From the NCBI GenBank assembly GCA_963809485.1, contig CAWEJX010000019.1:28496-92495 (forward strand): DNA of 64,000 bases, given 5' to 3'. Of this stretch, positions 49,402 through 59,172 are shown one piece after another (the first letter of the stretch is position 1; each line of letters opens with the position of its first letter). Below the pieces are notes generated by a model that was given only the letters and a program-made list of their open reading frames with translations, searched no databases and was not told the origin of the DNA. The position numbers were made by a program, and so were the translations under genes. Source of the DNA: an uncultured Acidobacteriota bacterium. GTDB taxonomy: Bacteria > Acidobacteriota > UBA6911.

Positions 49402-50735
49402 ATGGCAAAGCTACCTTCCGCAGAATGGTTCAGAGCAGAAAGATGATCCAAAAGTTGCCCACACCAAACCGGAAGCTCTGGATGACATCACCATACTGGA
49501 TTTGAGCTACAACAGCTTCGCCGGCAGCTACTGCACTTCGCTGTTGTCGGAGTTTGGCGCCGAGGTGGTAAAAATAGAACCTTCGGAAGGGGATTTTCTC
49601 AGGACCTGCACTCCTTACGGAGTTATTGCATAAGGGCGAGGGTCTGAATTACCTGTCGGAGGGAAGGAACAAGTTCCATGTAACATTGGATCTCAAGAAG
49701 GCGGAAGCGAGAAAGGTGCTCAAGGGCCTTGCGTGAAGGCGGATGTGCTTGTGGAGACTTATGCCCCAGGCACCATGGATAGATGGGGAATTGGATATGA
49801 GCAGCTGAAGAAGGATAAATCCCAAGCTGATCTTTGCCTCCATTACTCCGTTCGGCCAGTTCGGACCCAAAAGCAAAAGCAAAATGTCCGATTATGACAG
49901 TATTATCCAGGCCAGAGCCGCCATTCAGTACGCTACGGGAGAGATTCTGCCCAAGGGAAAAACTATGATGAGATGCCCTGGGCTGTTCCCAACCAAGTCC
50001 GGTCCCTGGATCGGCGCCGCTCCGGCCGGGCAATTCATGGCAGCAGGGATTTTGGCTGCCCTCTACTGGAGGGGTATATCCGGGGAGGGACAGGCACTGG
50101 ATTGCGCCACTTCCGAAGCCTACGCTAGTTTTGACGATTGGGCCTATCTTTGGTACCAGGGAACCGGCAAAGTCTGTGAACGTTTCGGAAACCTGGATAT
50201 AGCGGGATGGTTGTATTGTTTCGCGCCAACCAAAGATGGAGCTGTGTTTCTTGGCGCTCTGCGGCTGGAACAATGGCAGGCATTTGTCGACATGATCGGC
50301 AAGTATGATGACTGGGGCGCTGCGGAATGGAAGACCATGGCTCCATTCATGTCCGAAGAGCAGCAATTGAGATGGGCGGACCTGGTATTTGCGGAAACGC
50401 GCAAATACACAAACCAGGAATTGGTGAACATGTCCGTCGAATACGCGAAAAAAGGGCGTTTAGCGCCAATCACCACGGTAGTGGGCCCGGTTGTCGACCC
50501 GATGGAAACTATCAAAGATCTGAACTGGAACGATCGGGGCCTATTCACTCCCGTGGATGATCCGGTGTTCGGGCCTATCATTATCGCTCAGGCGCAATAT
50601 AAGTTGACGGAAACCCCTCCGAGAACCAAGTGGGCTTGCCGGCCGGTGGGGTACGACAATGGATTTGTTTATCTCAAATATCTGGCCTATGGGCCTGAAA
50701 AACTGAAGAAGCTGAAAAAGGCCGGAGCAGTTTAG
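49402..50735 (+). CDS. Family III CoA-transferase, second subunit (several frameshifts)
   Basis: [51 protein letters not shown] and ERFGN pieces found in different frames. Confidence 0.75.
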
Positions 50736-50990
50736 AATTCGTGAATTGCGGAGAGGCGCGGAGCATTTTGGGAGTGCGCGAGCTTGCTTGCGCCTTTCGC
50801 TCGATGTCTTAACTGATGCGCTCCTGTTTCCTTCAAAATCGGCCACGACCTGCCGCATTCCAAAACAGGAATTATTGGGAATTTTGCATTGGGAATGGAC
50901 CCGCTATTCATGAACTCCGCGCCTTATCCGTTAAGGGTTCCGGACTGTGCGCAAACAGTGAACCCATCGTTAATAAATAAAGGAGGGAAG

Positions 50991-52448
50991 ATGATTAATA
51001 AGGATGAGCTAGCAAAGATAGTTGGTAAGGAGAATATGAGCGACGCTCAGGCCGTTCTGCTCAATTACTCCAGCGACCACAGCCTGGTTCCTCCGGGAGT
51101 CCCTGAATGTGTGGTCTGGCCGACGACCTCGGAACAGGTCGGCGATGTTCTCAAATGGGCCAATAAAAATAATGTGCCTGTAGTCCCTGTTTCCTCAAAA
51201 GTGCATTTTAACGGCGGCGCTATCCCGAGACAGGGCGGCGTCATCATGGATCTTACGAAGATGAACAAAATCTTCGAGATCGACGTGGACTTGAAAAAGG
51301 CGCGCTTCGAGGCCGGTGTCACCTGGGGTCAACTGACCGGCGAACTTGCCAAGAAGGGCATGAGAGTTATGATGCCTCTGCTGCCTCATGCCAACCGCTC
51401 CGTGCTGATCGATTATCTTGAAAGAGAAGTCCCGACAAACACCGTCTATGACTACGGCGAACCGATGATGGGATTTGAGGTAGTCTGGCCGAACGGTGAA
51501 GTTTTCAGAATGGGTTCCGCCAGCGTCAACGGCTATCCGGATTCAGGATCCAAGGGCGGCAACCCCTCGGGCCCGGGCATCGATTTTTACCGTTTGGTCC
51601 AGGGAGCACAGGGCACCATGGGCGCCGTAACGTGGACGAACCTGAAGATCATGTTCCAGACAAAAAAGGACAAGGTCTTTTTCGCCCCCGTCAACGACCT
51701 GGCATACGCCAACGAATTTCTTTACCGGCTTCTGCCCCGCAGGGTCGGCCAGGAAGTCATTCTGCTCAACCGGGTCGACCTGGCGGCGATCATTGCGGAA
51801 AACATGCCGGCCGATTTTGAAAAACTGCGTGCGACACTGCCGCCATGGACGCTGGCCATCGTAATCAGCGGACTCACACGCCGTCCTGATGAGAAGATTG
51901 CTTATGAAGTCAATCTGCTCAAAGAAATCGTCAAGAACGAGTTCCGGAAACTGACTGTTGACGAAGCGCTTCCCGGATTCCCGGGATTGGGCGGGAAGCT
52001 GCTTTCATTGCTTCGCAATCCCTGGCCCGCGGACGTTCCCTACTGGAAGAACCGCTGGCAGGGTGCTTCCCAGAGTCTCTTCTTCATAGCGAGACCGGAA
52101 AACACGCAGAAATTCGTCGACGTCGTCGAAGCCGTCGCCCCGAAGCACGGCTACCTGGTCGCCGATATCGGAAGCTACATCCAGCCCATAGAACACAACC
52201 GTGCGTGCCAGGTGGAATTCACGTTCTTTTATAACGGGACCGATGCTGCGGCCAAGGCTCGGATCGCCGCACTGTACCGCGATGCGGCACGGGCCCTCAT
52301 CGCCGAAGGCGCTCTCTTTACCAGACCCTACGGCGATCTGGCGACAATGGTCTACGAACGGGCTGCCGGTTACACGATGGCGCTCAGGCGGGTGAAGAAG
52401 GTTTTCGATCCCAATAACATTATGAATCCGGGCAATTTGTGCTTCTAG
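50991..52448 (+). CDS. FAD-binding oxidoreductase (GlcD/D-lactate dehydrogenase-like)
   Basis: PECVVWPTTSEQV, GGVIMDL, GAQGTMG, KKVFDPNNIMNPG; AGGAGG RBS. Confidence 0.9.
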   Translation: MINKDELAKIVGKENMSDAQAVLLNYSSDHSLVPPGVPECVVWPTTSEQVGDVLKWANKNNVPVVPVSSKVHFNGGAIPRQGGVIMDLTKMNKIFEIDVDLKKARFEAGVTWGQLTGELAKKGMRVMMPLLPHANRSVLIDYLEREVPTNTVYDYGEPMMGFEVVWPNGEVFRMGSASVNGYPDSGSKGGNPSGPGIDFYRLVQGAQGTMGAVTWTNLKIMFQTKKDKVFFAPVNDLAYANEFLYRLLPRRVGQEVILLNRVDLAAIIAENMPADFEKLRATLPPWTLAIVISGLTRRPDEKIAYEVNLLKEIVKNEFRKLTVDEALPGFPGLGGKLLSLLRNPWPADVPYWKNRWQGASQSLFFIARPENTQKFVDVVEAVAPKHGYLVADIGSYIQPIEHNRACQVEFTFFYNGTDAAAKARIAALYRDAARALIAEGALFTRPYGDLATMVYERAAGYTMALRRVKKVFDPNNIMNPGNLCF

Positions 52449-52455
52449 GGAGGCG

Positions 52456-53754
52456 ATGATGCCAACGACGAAAGTGAATTTGGAAACAACAGATCTGAAC
52501 AACTACAAGTATGATATGAGCCGGTGCATCAAGTGCAAAGGCTGCTATTGGGTCGAGCACACCTACCAGCCCGGCGTTAAATTCAGCACCCGCTGCCCCA
52601 GCAACCTCTGGAACGATTTTGATTCCTACGGGGCGTTCGGGAAGATGAGAATCGGGACGGGCCTGGTCGAAAAGAAACTGGACTGGAGCCCAAAACTGCT
52701 TGAGATCGTCTATGCCGATCCGCTGTGCGGCGCCTGCGATGTCGGCTGCAAGCGCAATCTGGATCTCGAGATCGAGCTGTCGTTGGAGGCAATGAGAGTC
52801 AAAGCGGTCCAGGACGGCGCCGGCCCGATGCCCGCGCACAAGAAGATCGCGCAGAACATAGCCTCGTTTCATAACGTGTTTGGCGCCACCCATGCCAACA
52901 GGAAACAATGGGTGACCGCCGACATCAAGGTGGCCAAGAAGGCGGACGTTCTCTACTTTGTCGGATGCACCGCCTCCTATCGGAACAAGGAGATCGCCCA
53001 GGCGACCGCCAAAATCCTTAATGCCGCCAAAACGCCGTTCATGCTGATGCCGGATGAGTGGTGCTGCGGCAACACCTTGCAGTCGGTGGGCATGCTGGAC
53101 GAAGCCCGTGAGCTGGCAAAGCGCAATATAGAAATGGTAAAGAACTCAGGCGCCAAGAACGTTTTGCTTTCCTGCGCCGAAGGCTACAGGATGTGGAAAG
53201 TTGAATACCCGAAGCTCCTGAACATCGCCACCGATGATCTCGGGTTCAAAGTGGTCCATCTGGTCGAGTTCGCGGATGAGGCGCTGAAAAGGGGTGACCT
53301 GAAGCTGACCAAGCCATTTGAAACGCGCTTAACCTACCACGATTCCTGCAGCATCAGCAGGCTTGCGGATCCGTGGACTCCCTGGAGCGGGGAACGCGGA
53401 TGGATGGGAACCGTAAGCCCGCCCCTGAAGAGGCGCCGCGGCACCCATGGCCTCTATGCCCAGCCGCGGAACGTCATCAACGCCATCCCCGGAGTCCAGC
53501 TCGTGGAGATGATCCGGACCAGGGAAAATGCTTTCTGTTGCGGCGCCGGACGCGGAACCAAAGAAGCCTTCCCGGACCTCGCCTCTTTCGCAGCCGGTCA
53601 CCGGCTGGAGGAGGTGAAGGAAGTGGGCGCAGAAGTCCTCGTTTCTGCATGCCCCTGGTGCAAAAACAACTTTGCGCAAGCCGTCAAGGAAGACGGAAGC
53701 AGCGTGAAGGTAATGGACTTCTCGGAACTCATTCTTGCTTCATTGGAGGCATAA
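52456..53754 (+). CDS. Fe-S oxidoreductase with CCG domains (GlcF/HdrD-like)
   Basis: CIKCKGC...CP, CGACDVGC, YFVGC, WCCG, YHDSC, FCCGAG, ACPWC. Confidence 0.92.
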   Translation: MMPTTKVNLETTDLNNYKYDMSRCIKCKGCYWVEHTYQPGVKFSTRCPSNLWNDFDSYGAFGKMRIGTGLVEKKLDWSPKLLEIVYADPLCGACDVGCKRNLDLEIELSLEAMRVKAVQDGAGPMPAHKKIAQNIASFHNVFGATHANRKQWVTADIKVAKKADVLYFVGCTASYRNKEIAQATAKILNAAKTPFMLMPDEWCCGNTLQSVGMLDEARELAKRNIEMVKNSGAKNVLLSCAEGYRMWKVEYPKLLNIATDDLGFKVVHLVEFADEALKRGDLKLTKPFETRLTYHDSCSISRLADPWTPWSGERGWMGTVSPPLKRRRGTHGLYAQPRNVINAIPGVQLVEMIRTRENAFCCGAGRGTKEAFPDLASFAAGHRLEEVKEVGAEVLVSACPWCKNNFAQAVKEDGSSVKVMDFSELILASLEA

Positions 53755-53763
53755 GGAGGAATC

Positions 53764-55422
53764 ATGGCCATAGTAAAAGAAGCATACAAAGCATTAGAGG
53801 CTGTCGTAGGCGCCAAATACCTTTCGGACGACCCCGCCATCTGCGAGGGATACAGGTCCGGTCCGTGCGGGTATGAAGCCGGCACGGGTTATGAAAGGGT
53901 CATGACCAAGATTCCGGGTGCGGTCATACTGCCGAGATCGACGGAAGAGGTTCAGAAGATCGTCAAGATCTGCAACCGCTACGTGATCCCTTACGTTCCT
54001 TACAGCACCGGATTCTACGGGCCGCGCTCCCACCCCCATGTGGAAAATGCCCTGCTCGTCGACCTGAAGCGGCTGAACGACTTCGAATTTGACGAAAAGC
54101 ACTGGTACGCCAACCTGGGATCCGGTGTGATCTACTCTCAGTTTCAGGAAGAATGCCTGAAGCGGGGAGGCTACGTTGTGATCGGGGGCGGCGGCGCACA
54201 GGCCTCCGTGATCGCCAACCTGATCGGCGACGGCTGGTCGCCGCTAACCCACAGGATTGGTTTGCCCCATCGGCGTATCCTGGGTACGGAGGTCGTGCTT
54301 CCCGACGGTGAAATTCTGAGAACGGGTTCGCTGGCGGTCGGTGACGATCCCTTCTGGGGGGACGGAATAGGGCCCGACCTGCGCGGATTGCTTCGCGGGT
54401 ACACAGGGCTGAGAGGCTGTCTGGGTATCGTTACCAGGATGGCGGTAAAAGTGCTGCCCTTCCAGCCGGAAAAGCTCCAGCCCACGGGGATTTCTCCCAA
54501 CACCGCCCTGGCGCTTCCCGAAAAGCGCGTCAAGTGGGTGAATTACATCATGCCCAGCAAGGCGACACAGGTTAAGGCGATGTATGAGATCGGCAAGGCT
54601 GAAATCGCCGGCGCCGTGACCAAGGTTCCCCTTTTCTGGCGTGTCATCGCGAAAGCCGAGTGCAAGGAAGATTTTTGGAATGAATGGCTCAAGGAGACGC
54701 CCGAAACCATTTCCAATTTCCACATTGTCCGCGTGCTCCTCATCGGCTTCACCTCGGAAGAGCAGATGGAGTACGACGAGAACGTGCTGAACGATATCAT
54801 GATGGAACTGGGCGGCCAGCCCAGACGGACCAAGCCGAGCGACGAATCCTGGATCAAGAACGCGGATTCGGCCGGCATGTGGCTGATGTGCGGCTCCTAC
54901 GTTTCGGTCGACTACGTGATCGAGACGCTTGCACAGGCTACCGAGCACGGGCCGGTTTATGCGGAGCTGAAGAAGAAGTACACGCCTCCGCTCATGCCCG
55001 ACCACGGAGATCCGGGATGGTTCCAGAGCTTCGAGCTGGGCTACCATGGATACTCCGAATTTCTCATTTACTGGGACCAGGACGAGGATACGACCGGCGT
55101 CGATCACTTCTATCTCGAAACATCAAAGATGAACATCGACCACCGGTTCTATACCGCGCTCATCGGCCCCCACCAGCCGATGTACCTCACCGGGCCGAAG
55201 TACGGGCCCAACTACCACGAGTGGATGCTGAAGATCAAAAACGAGCTCGATCCGCTCTGGGTATGCCATCCGCCGGTGCCGTTTGCCCATGACGAGTTTG
55301 TGGACAGAGCGCCATGGATGCACGAACTCAAGACCTGGGAAAGCCCGAAGGAATCCCCCTATCCGGAATGGCTGAAAAAGCAGCTCGCAGCCGAAACCGC
55401 GGCTTTCCTGGCCAAGAAGTAA
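53764..55422 (+). CDS. FAD-binding oxidoreductase (VAO/PCMH-type FAD fold)
   Basis: LPRSTEEVQKIVKIC, VDLKRLN, EVVLPDGEILRTGS, GPDLRGL, KNELDP. Confidence 0.88.
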   Translation: MAIVKEAYKALEAVVGAKYLSDDPAICEGYRSGPCGYEAGTGYERVMTKIPGAVILPRSTEEVQKIVKICNRYVIPYVPYSTGFYGPRSHPHVENALLVDLKRLNDFEFDEKHWYANLGSGVIYSQFQEECLKRGGYVVIGGGGAQASVIANLIGDGWSPLTHRIGLPHRRILGTEVVLPDGEILRTGSLAVGDDPFWGDGIGPDLRGLLRGYTGLRGCLGIVTRMAVKVLPFQPEKLQPTGISPNTALALPEKRVKWVNYIMPSKATQVKAMYEIGKAEIAGAVTKVPLFWRVIAKAECKEDFWNEWLKETPETISNFHIVRVLLIGFTSEEQMEYDENVLNDIMMELGGQPRRTKPSDESWIKNADSAGMWLMCGSYVSVDYVIETLAQATEHGPVYAELKKKYTPPLMPDHGDPGWFQSFELGYHGYSEFLIYWDQDEDTTGVDHFYLETSKMNIDHRFYTALIGPHQPMYLTGPKYGPNYHEWMLKIKNELDPLWVCHPPVPFAHDEFVDRAPWMHELKTWESPKESPYPEWLKKQLAAETAAFLAKK

Positions 55423-55437
55423 TAGATAGCCCGATCC

Positions 55438-55491
55438 AAAAGCAGCCACTCATTTCGCGAAACACCGGTGAAATGAGTGGCTGCTTTTTTT
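55438..55491 (+). terminator. Rho-independent terminator
   Basis: AAAAGCAGCCACTCATTTC...GAAATGAGTGGCTGCTTTTTTT directly after the stop. Confidence 0.85.
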
Positions 55492-55628
55492 GCTGTCTGC
55501 CGCAAGGTAAAAGTTCCCTGATAGGGGGAAACTCTACCTGCCCCCCTTTGACCGCGTTTTTTTGCCGCTAAGTGAAGATTTCCTCTATTCATGCGGGTTC
55601 CCGCCGCATTTCAACGGTTGTTTAAAAC

Positions 55629-55644
55629 TGGCACGGTCCGTGCA
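55629..55644 (+). promoter_or_regulatory. Putative sigma54 (-24/-12) promoter
   Basis: TGGCAC-GGTCC-GTGCA with correct spacing, about 120 nt upstream of the Crp/Fnr gene. Confidence 0.55.
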
Positions 55645-55764
55645 TTGTAAAGGCCGTAATGTGTTATTGTGCTCGCGCATGGATGGCAAACCTGTTTCAC
55701 AAAACGACGAGCCGGACTTTGCCCGCGCATAGGCCCAAACCTGCTTTTAAGGATGATAAATGGA

Positions 55765-56478
55765 ATGGCCATGGCGACCTCGTTTTCGTTTTTCACAACC
55801 CAACAGTCTGCTGAATGGAGTGCAGAAAACCCAACAGCTACTTTGTTTGAGTGCATCGAGCAAGAGCTTGGCGATTCATGCGCCCAACTGAAGGTCAAAA
55901 GAAATGCAGTGATCTGCAACCAGGGCGACAAGCTTTCATGCCTCTACCTGATAAAGCACGGCGAGATCATGCTGACGCGCCTCTCTCAGGACGGCAGGGA
56001 AACCCTGCTGTCGATCCTGGGTCCGGGGGAATTTTTCGGGGAAAGCGCGCTGCTCGGCGGCGTTCCGGTCACCTTCAGTGCCAGTGCAACGAAAGGATCG
56101 ATGCTTCTACAGCTTCCGGAAAGAAAATTCAAAATCATGCTGGAAGATCCCGGCGTGTGCCGCACGCTGTTGGGAGCCATTGCCCGGCGCTGCGATGATG
56201 CCTGGACCCAAATGGAAGTCCTTGGGTGCACGCACGTAAAGGATAAAGTCCGGTCGGGGCTTATCTGGCTCTCCGGCCGCATCGGCGTGGAAACTCATGA
56301 TGGCGTCCGTATCGATGTCAGCCAGACCCAGCTTGCACGGATGGTTGGCTGCGCCCGCGAGACGCTCAGCCGCGAAGTGAGCGAATTGCGGCGCCAGCGC
56401 GCAGTCGACGTGCGCCAGAGCAACGGTCGGAAGTCGCTTTTCGTGATCGATCCCGAGGGCCTGAATCAGCTCGACTGA
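55765..56478 (+). CDS. Crp/Fnr family transcriptional regulator
   Basis: GPGEFFGE cNMP-binding fold; SQTQLARMVGCARETLSR HTH; start uncertain (55765 or 55771). Confidence 0.9.
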   Translation: MAMATSFSFFTTQQSAEWSAENPTATLFECIEQELGDSCAQLKVKRNAVICNQGDKLSCLYLIKHGEIMLTRLSQDGRETLLSILGPGEFFGESALLGGVPVTFSASATKGSMLLQLPERKFKIMLEDPGVCRTLLGAIARRCDDAWTQMEVLGCTHVKDKVRSGLIWLSGRIGVETHDGVRIDVSQTQLARMVGCARETLSREVSELRRQRAVDVRQSNGRKSLFVIDPEGLNQLD

Positions 56479-56567
56479 AGAAATTGGGGCCGGCTGCGCA
56501 ATTCCCCAATTCACCAGCGATAGGGATGCGTCTGTCTTTGAATCAGGGAATTACGCAGCCTGTCCCC

Positions 56568-57500
56568 CTACATTTCCCGAGGCGGATCGCCATCGTATGT
56601 GCCGCCTGGGCTGAGAAATATTTTGCCCGGCTTGCCCGGCAGCGGTGTGAGCCAGTCGGGGCTGCTGCGCGGAAACAGTAGCCTGGCCTGCCAGTGGATG
56701 GCGAAGTCCTCGGCCTTGACATCCGGATAGATCCGGGTCATGGCCGATACCATCTCCGCTCCTGTTTTGGCCCTGTTGTACACCTCTTCGTAGTTGTCAA
56801 GATACCGCAGCGACCAGTCAATGCATTCGGTGTAGGATCGCGCGCCGTCGGCCTGGACTTCTTCCATGATCCGTATTTTTTCATCGTCGCAGTGGCCGGG
56901 GATAACAATGCGCGCGCCAAACTCTCTGAGCTTCTCAATCGACGCCCGCCACTTCACCCGCCGGGCGACGTTGCTCTCGATGGGCCACAGGTGGCAGTCG
57001 TGAAATGCAATGTCCGTGGCGCAGGCTACCTTGATGGAAGGGATCCAGACGGCCGAGTTGTTGGCGCTGTCGCCTTCCCAATCGTCGGATAGCAGTATTT
57101 CTTCACCTTCGAGCATCAGGCGTGGTTCGCCGATCGGCATGGGAATTGTGGTTTTGCGGGGGATGTCGTCGGGCCCGAACCGGTCGATCGCCCACAGCTC
57201 GACCTTGTCGCTCGATGTGAAAACGATGTCCTGAACCACACTGGGCAGCGCCACAATTTTGGCATTCGGGAAAGCGTGCTGAAGGACAAGCAGGCCGAAA
57301 TGGTGGTCGGGGTGAAAGTGGGACACATAGATATGGGTGAGGTTTTTGCGCATGGGAATGATATCGGCAATCATCCGGTGTGTGTCGCTGAGAAGCTGGG
57401 AAGCGTCGACCAGGATCGCATCCCGTTCCCCGTATATCAGCGTTGAGTTGCTGTTGAATCCCAGGTAGCTGTGCAGAAAAACTCTGAATTTTAGCGCCAT
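56568..57500 (-). CDS. MBL-fold metallo-hydrolase
   Basis: SHFHPDHH, ATDI, VIPGH. Confidence 0.88.
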   Translation of the reverse strand: MALKFRVFLHSYLGFNSNSTLIYGERDAILVDASQLLSDTHRMIADIIPMRKNLTHIYVSHFHPDHHFGLLVLQHAFPNAKIVALPSVVQDIVFTSSDKVELWAIDRFGPDDIPRKTTIPMPIGEPRLMLEGEEILLSDDWEGDSANNSAVWIPSIKVACATDIAFHDCHLWPIESNVARRVKWRASIEKLREFGARIVIPGHCDDEKIRIMEEVQADGARSYTECIDWSLRYLDNYEEVYNRAKTGAEMVSAMTRIYPDVKAEDFAIHWQARLLFPRSSPDWLTPLPGKPGKIFLSPGGTYDGDPPREM

Positions 57501-57525
57501 CTTTGTCCCCCCTGTCAAAGCCGCG

Positions 57526-58782
57526 TCAGTCCTTCGCGTCCCATATGAATATTGCCGTAACCACCGCCACCGCCGTAACCGCCCAGGCCGAGAAACTGAA
57601 CATAGTCGCATAGCCGAAGCGGTCGATGAAGCCGCCCATGATGGGCGCGAAGATTGCGCCGGTATACTGCATGGTCGAATAGTAGACTCCGTATATGGTC
57701 GAGCGGTTCCTGGCAGGTGATTGGCTCATGATAAACACTTCGGTTACGGGGAAGCGAACCGCCTGGATGACACCCAACACCCAAAGAACAATCCAGAGCC
57801 CCCAGCCAAGCGAGACTTCCTTGAGGGCGAATATGATCAGGCCGCTGAGGATGCCTGTGACGATGATGACCTTGGTGCTCCCGATGCGGTCCGAGATCCA
57901 TCCGCCGACCGGCCCGGCCCACAATCCCGAAGAAAAAATGATCGACAGAGACATCGCGGAAACCTCGTTGGAAGCTCCCAGGACTTCTTTGATATAAACC
58001 GGCAGAAAGGCATTGACCGAGGCGCCCGCGCCTCCGCCAACGACCATCATTGTCAGGAAGGCGATCAGCCGGCGCTTATACCCTGGCTGCGGCGGCCGTT
58101 CCTCCATCTGTTTCCGCTTCATCGCCTCGATGTGGGCTTCGCCGTACCGTTTTTTCAGATAGATGAAAAAGAAAATCCCAAGGATGATGGTGGGGATTGC
58201 CAGAGCGATAAAGCTGCCCCGCCATCCCCAGGCCGCAGCAATGCCGCCGGCAATGAGCGGCGCCAGGAAAAAGCTCGAATTTCCGCCAATGAGATGCAGC
58301 CCGAGGGCGCGCCCGCGCTGGTTGGCGGGGACAGAAAGCGAGATGAGGGGCGTTGAGGCGGGATGATAGCCGCCGGCCATGAGTCCCGTCAGCACGAGGG
58401 TTACCAGCAGCATTATATAAGAGTGGGACAATCCCACAAGCACTCCGCCGATGCCCACACCGAGAACGCCCATGGTGATAAGCCAGGTTGGACCGATGCG
58501 ATCGGCCAGCCAGCCGGCGGGCAGTTGCGATGCGCCGCTGGAAAGCGAAAATGCCGCGGTGACGCCGCCCAGCTGGGCTTTGCTGAGCCGGAATTCGTCC
58601 TGCATGAACGGCTGCATGGGTTGCGGCAGAGCCGTCAGCAGATGGTGGGTTGCATGGGCCAGGATGAAAAACGGCAGGGAAGAAAGGAAAAAGGAGCGCG
58701 GCTTAGCCGGACTTACGGGGCCTGGTTCTCCACTGCCTGATGCCCGGGGCACTGTCTGCTCGATGTCGTGTTCTGCTTTCAT
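57526..58782 (-). CDS. MFS transporter
   Basis: GWLADRIG, YHP, RGRALGLH, GWISDRIG; start may be 58803. Confidence 0.9.
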   Translation of the reverse strand: MKAEHDIEQTVPRASGSGEPGPVSPAKPRSFFLSSLPFFILAHATHHLLTALPQPMQPFMQDEFRLSKAQLGGVTAAFSLSSGASQLPAGWLADRIGPTWLITMGVLGVGIGGVLVGLSHSYIMLLVTLVLTGLMAGGYHPASTPLISLSVPANQRGRALGLHLIGGNSSFFLAPLIAGGIAAAWGWRGSFIALAIPTIILGIFFFIYLKKRYGEAHIEAMKRKQMEERPPQPGYKRRLIAFLTMMVVGGGAGASVNAFLPVYIKEVLGASNEVSAMSLSIIFSSGLWAGPVGGWISDRIGSTKVIIVTGILSGLIIFALKEVSLGWGLWIVLWVLGVIQAVRFPVTEVFIMSQSPARNRSTIYGVYYSTMQYTGAIFAPIMGGFIDRFGYATMFSFSAWAVTAVAVVTAIFIWDAKD

Positions 58783-58811
58783 AATATTTTGGGGTCGGGC
58801 CATGATTCCAT

Positions 58812-58956
58812 TGGTAAACCCCCGGTTCTGCCGGGCGACTCAAAGAGTTTGACAGCACCGTATTTTAAAACGCTGACGTACGCTGAAAAAAATATACACT
58901 TTTTTCGGCGTGAAAATCAGCGATCCGTTCAGCGTGCGTCGGCGTTCAAGGCCGGC
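58812..58956 (+). mobile_element. Truncated copy of the IS200/IS605-like element (left end only)
   Basis: TGGTAAACCCCCGGTTCTGCCGGGCGACTCAAAGAGTTTGACAG...GCGTTCAAG; right-end hairpins missing. Confidence 0.72.
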
Positions 58957-59172
58957 ACTGATCTGAGACCAGCGGCAGTCGGATTGCAAACAGCTGGGTA
59001 GCGCTGCAACAGCGCGCAAGGTCCATCCGTTCCCCGGAATTGCCAACCATCGCAAAAGGCAGGACTGTTTTACCATGATCCGGCCCGGTTGCATCAATAG
59101 AAAATTGGCTTCGGGCCACGCCGACGGCCGTGGCCCGGCTGCCAATCCGATGGGAGATACACCGGCTCAAAA

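Noticed and set aside
49733-49735. Selenocysteine TGA in the second CoA-transferase
   Set aside because: Homology resumes in a different frame ([12 protein letters not shown]), so it is a frameshift rather than read-through
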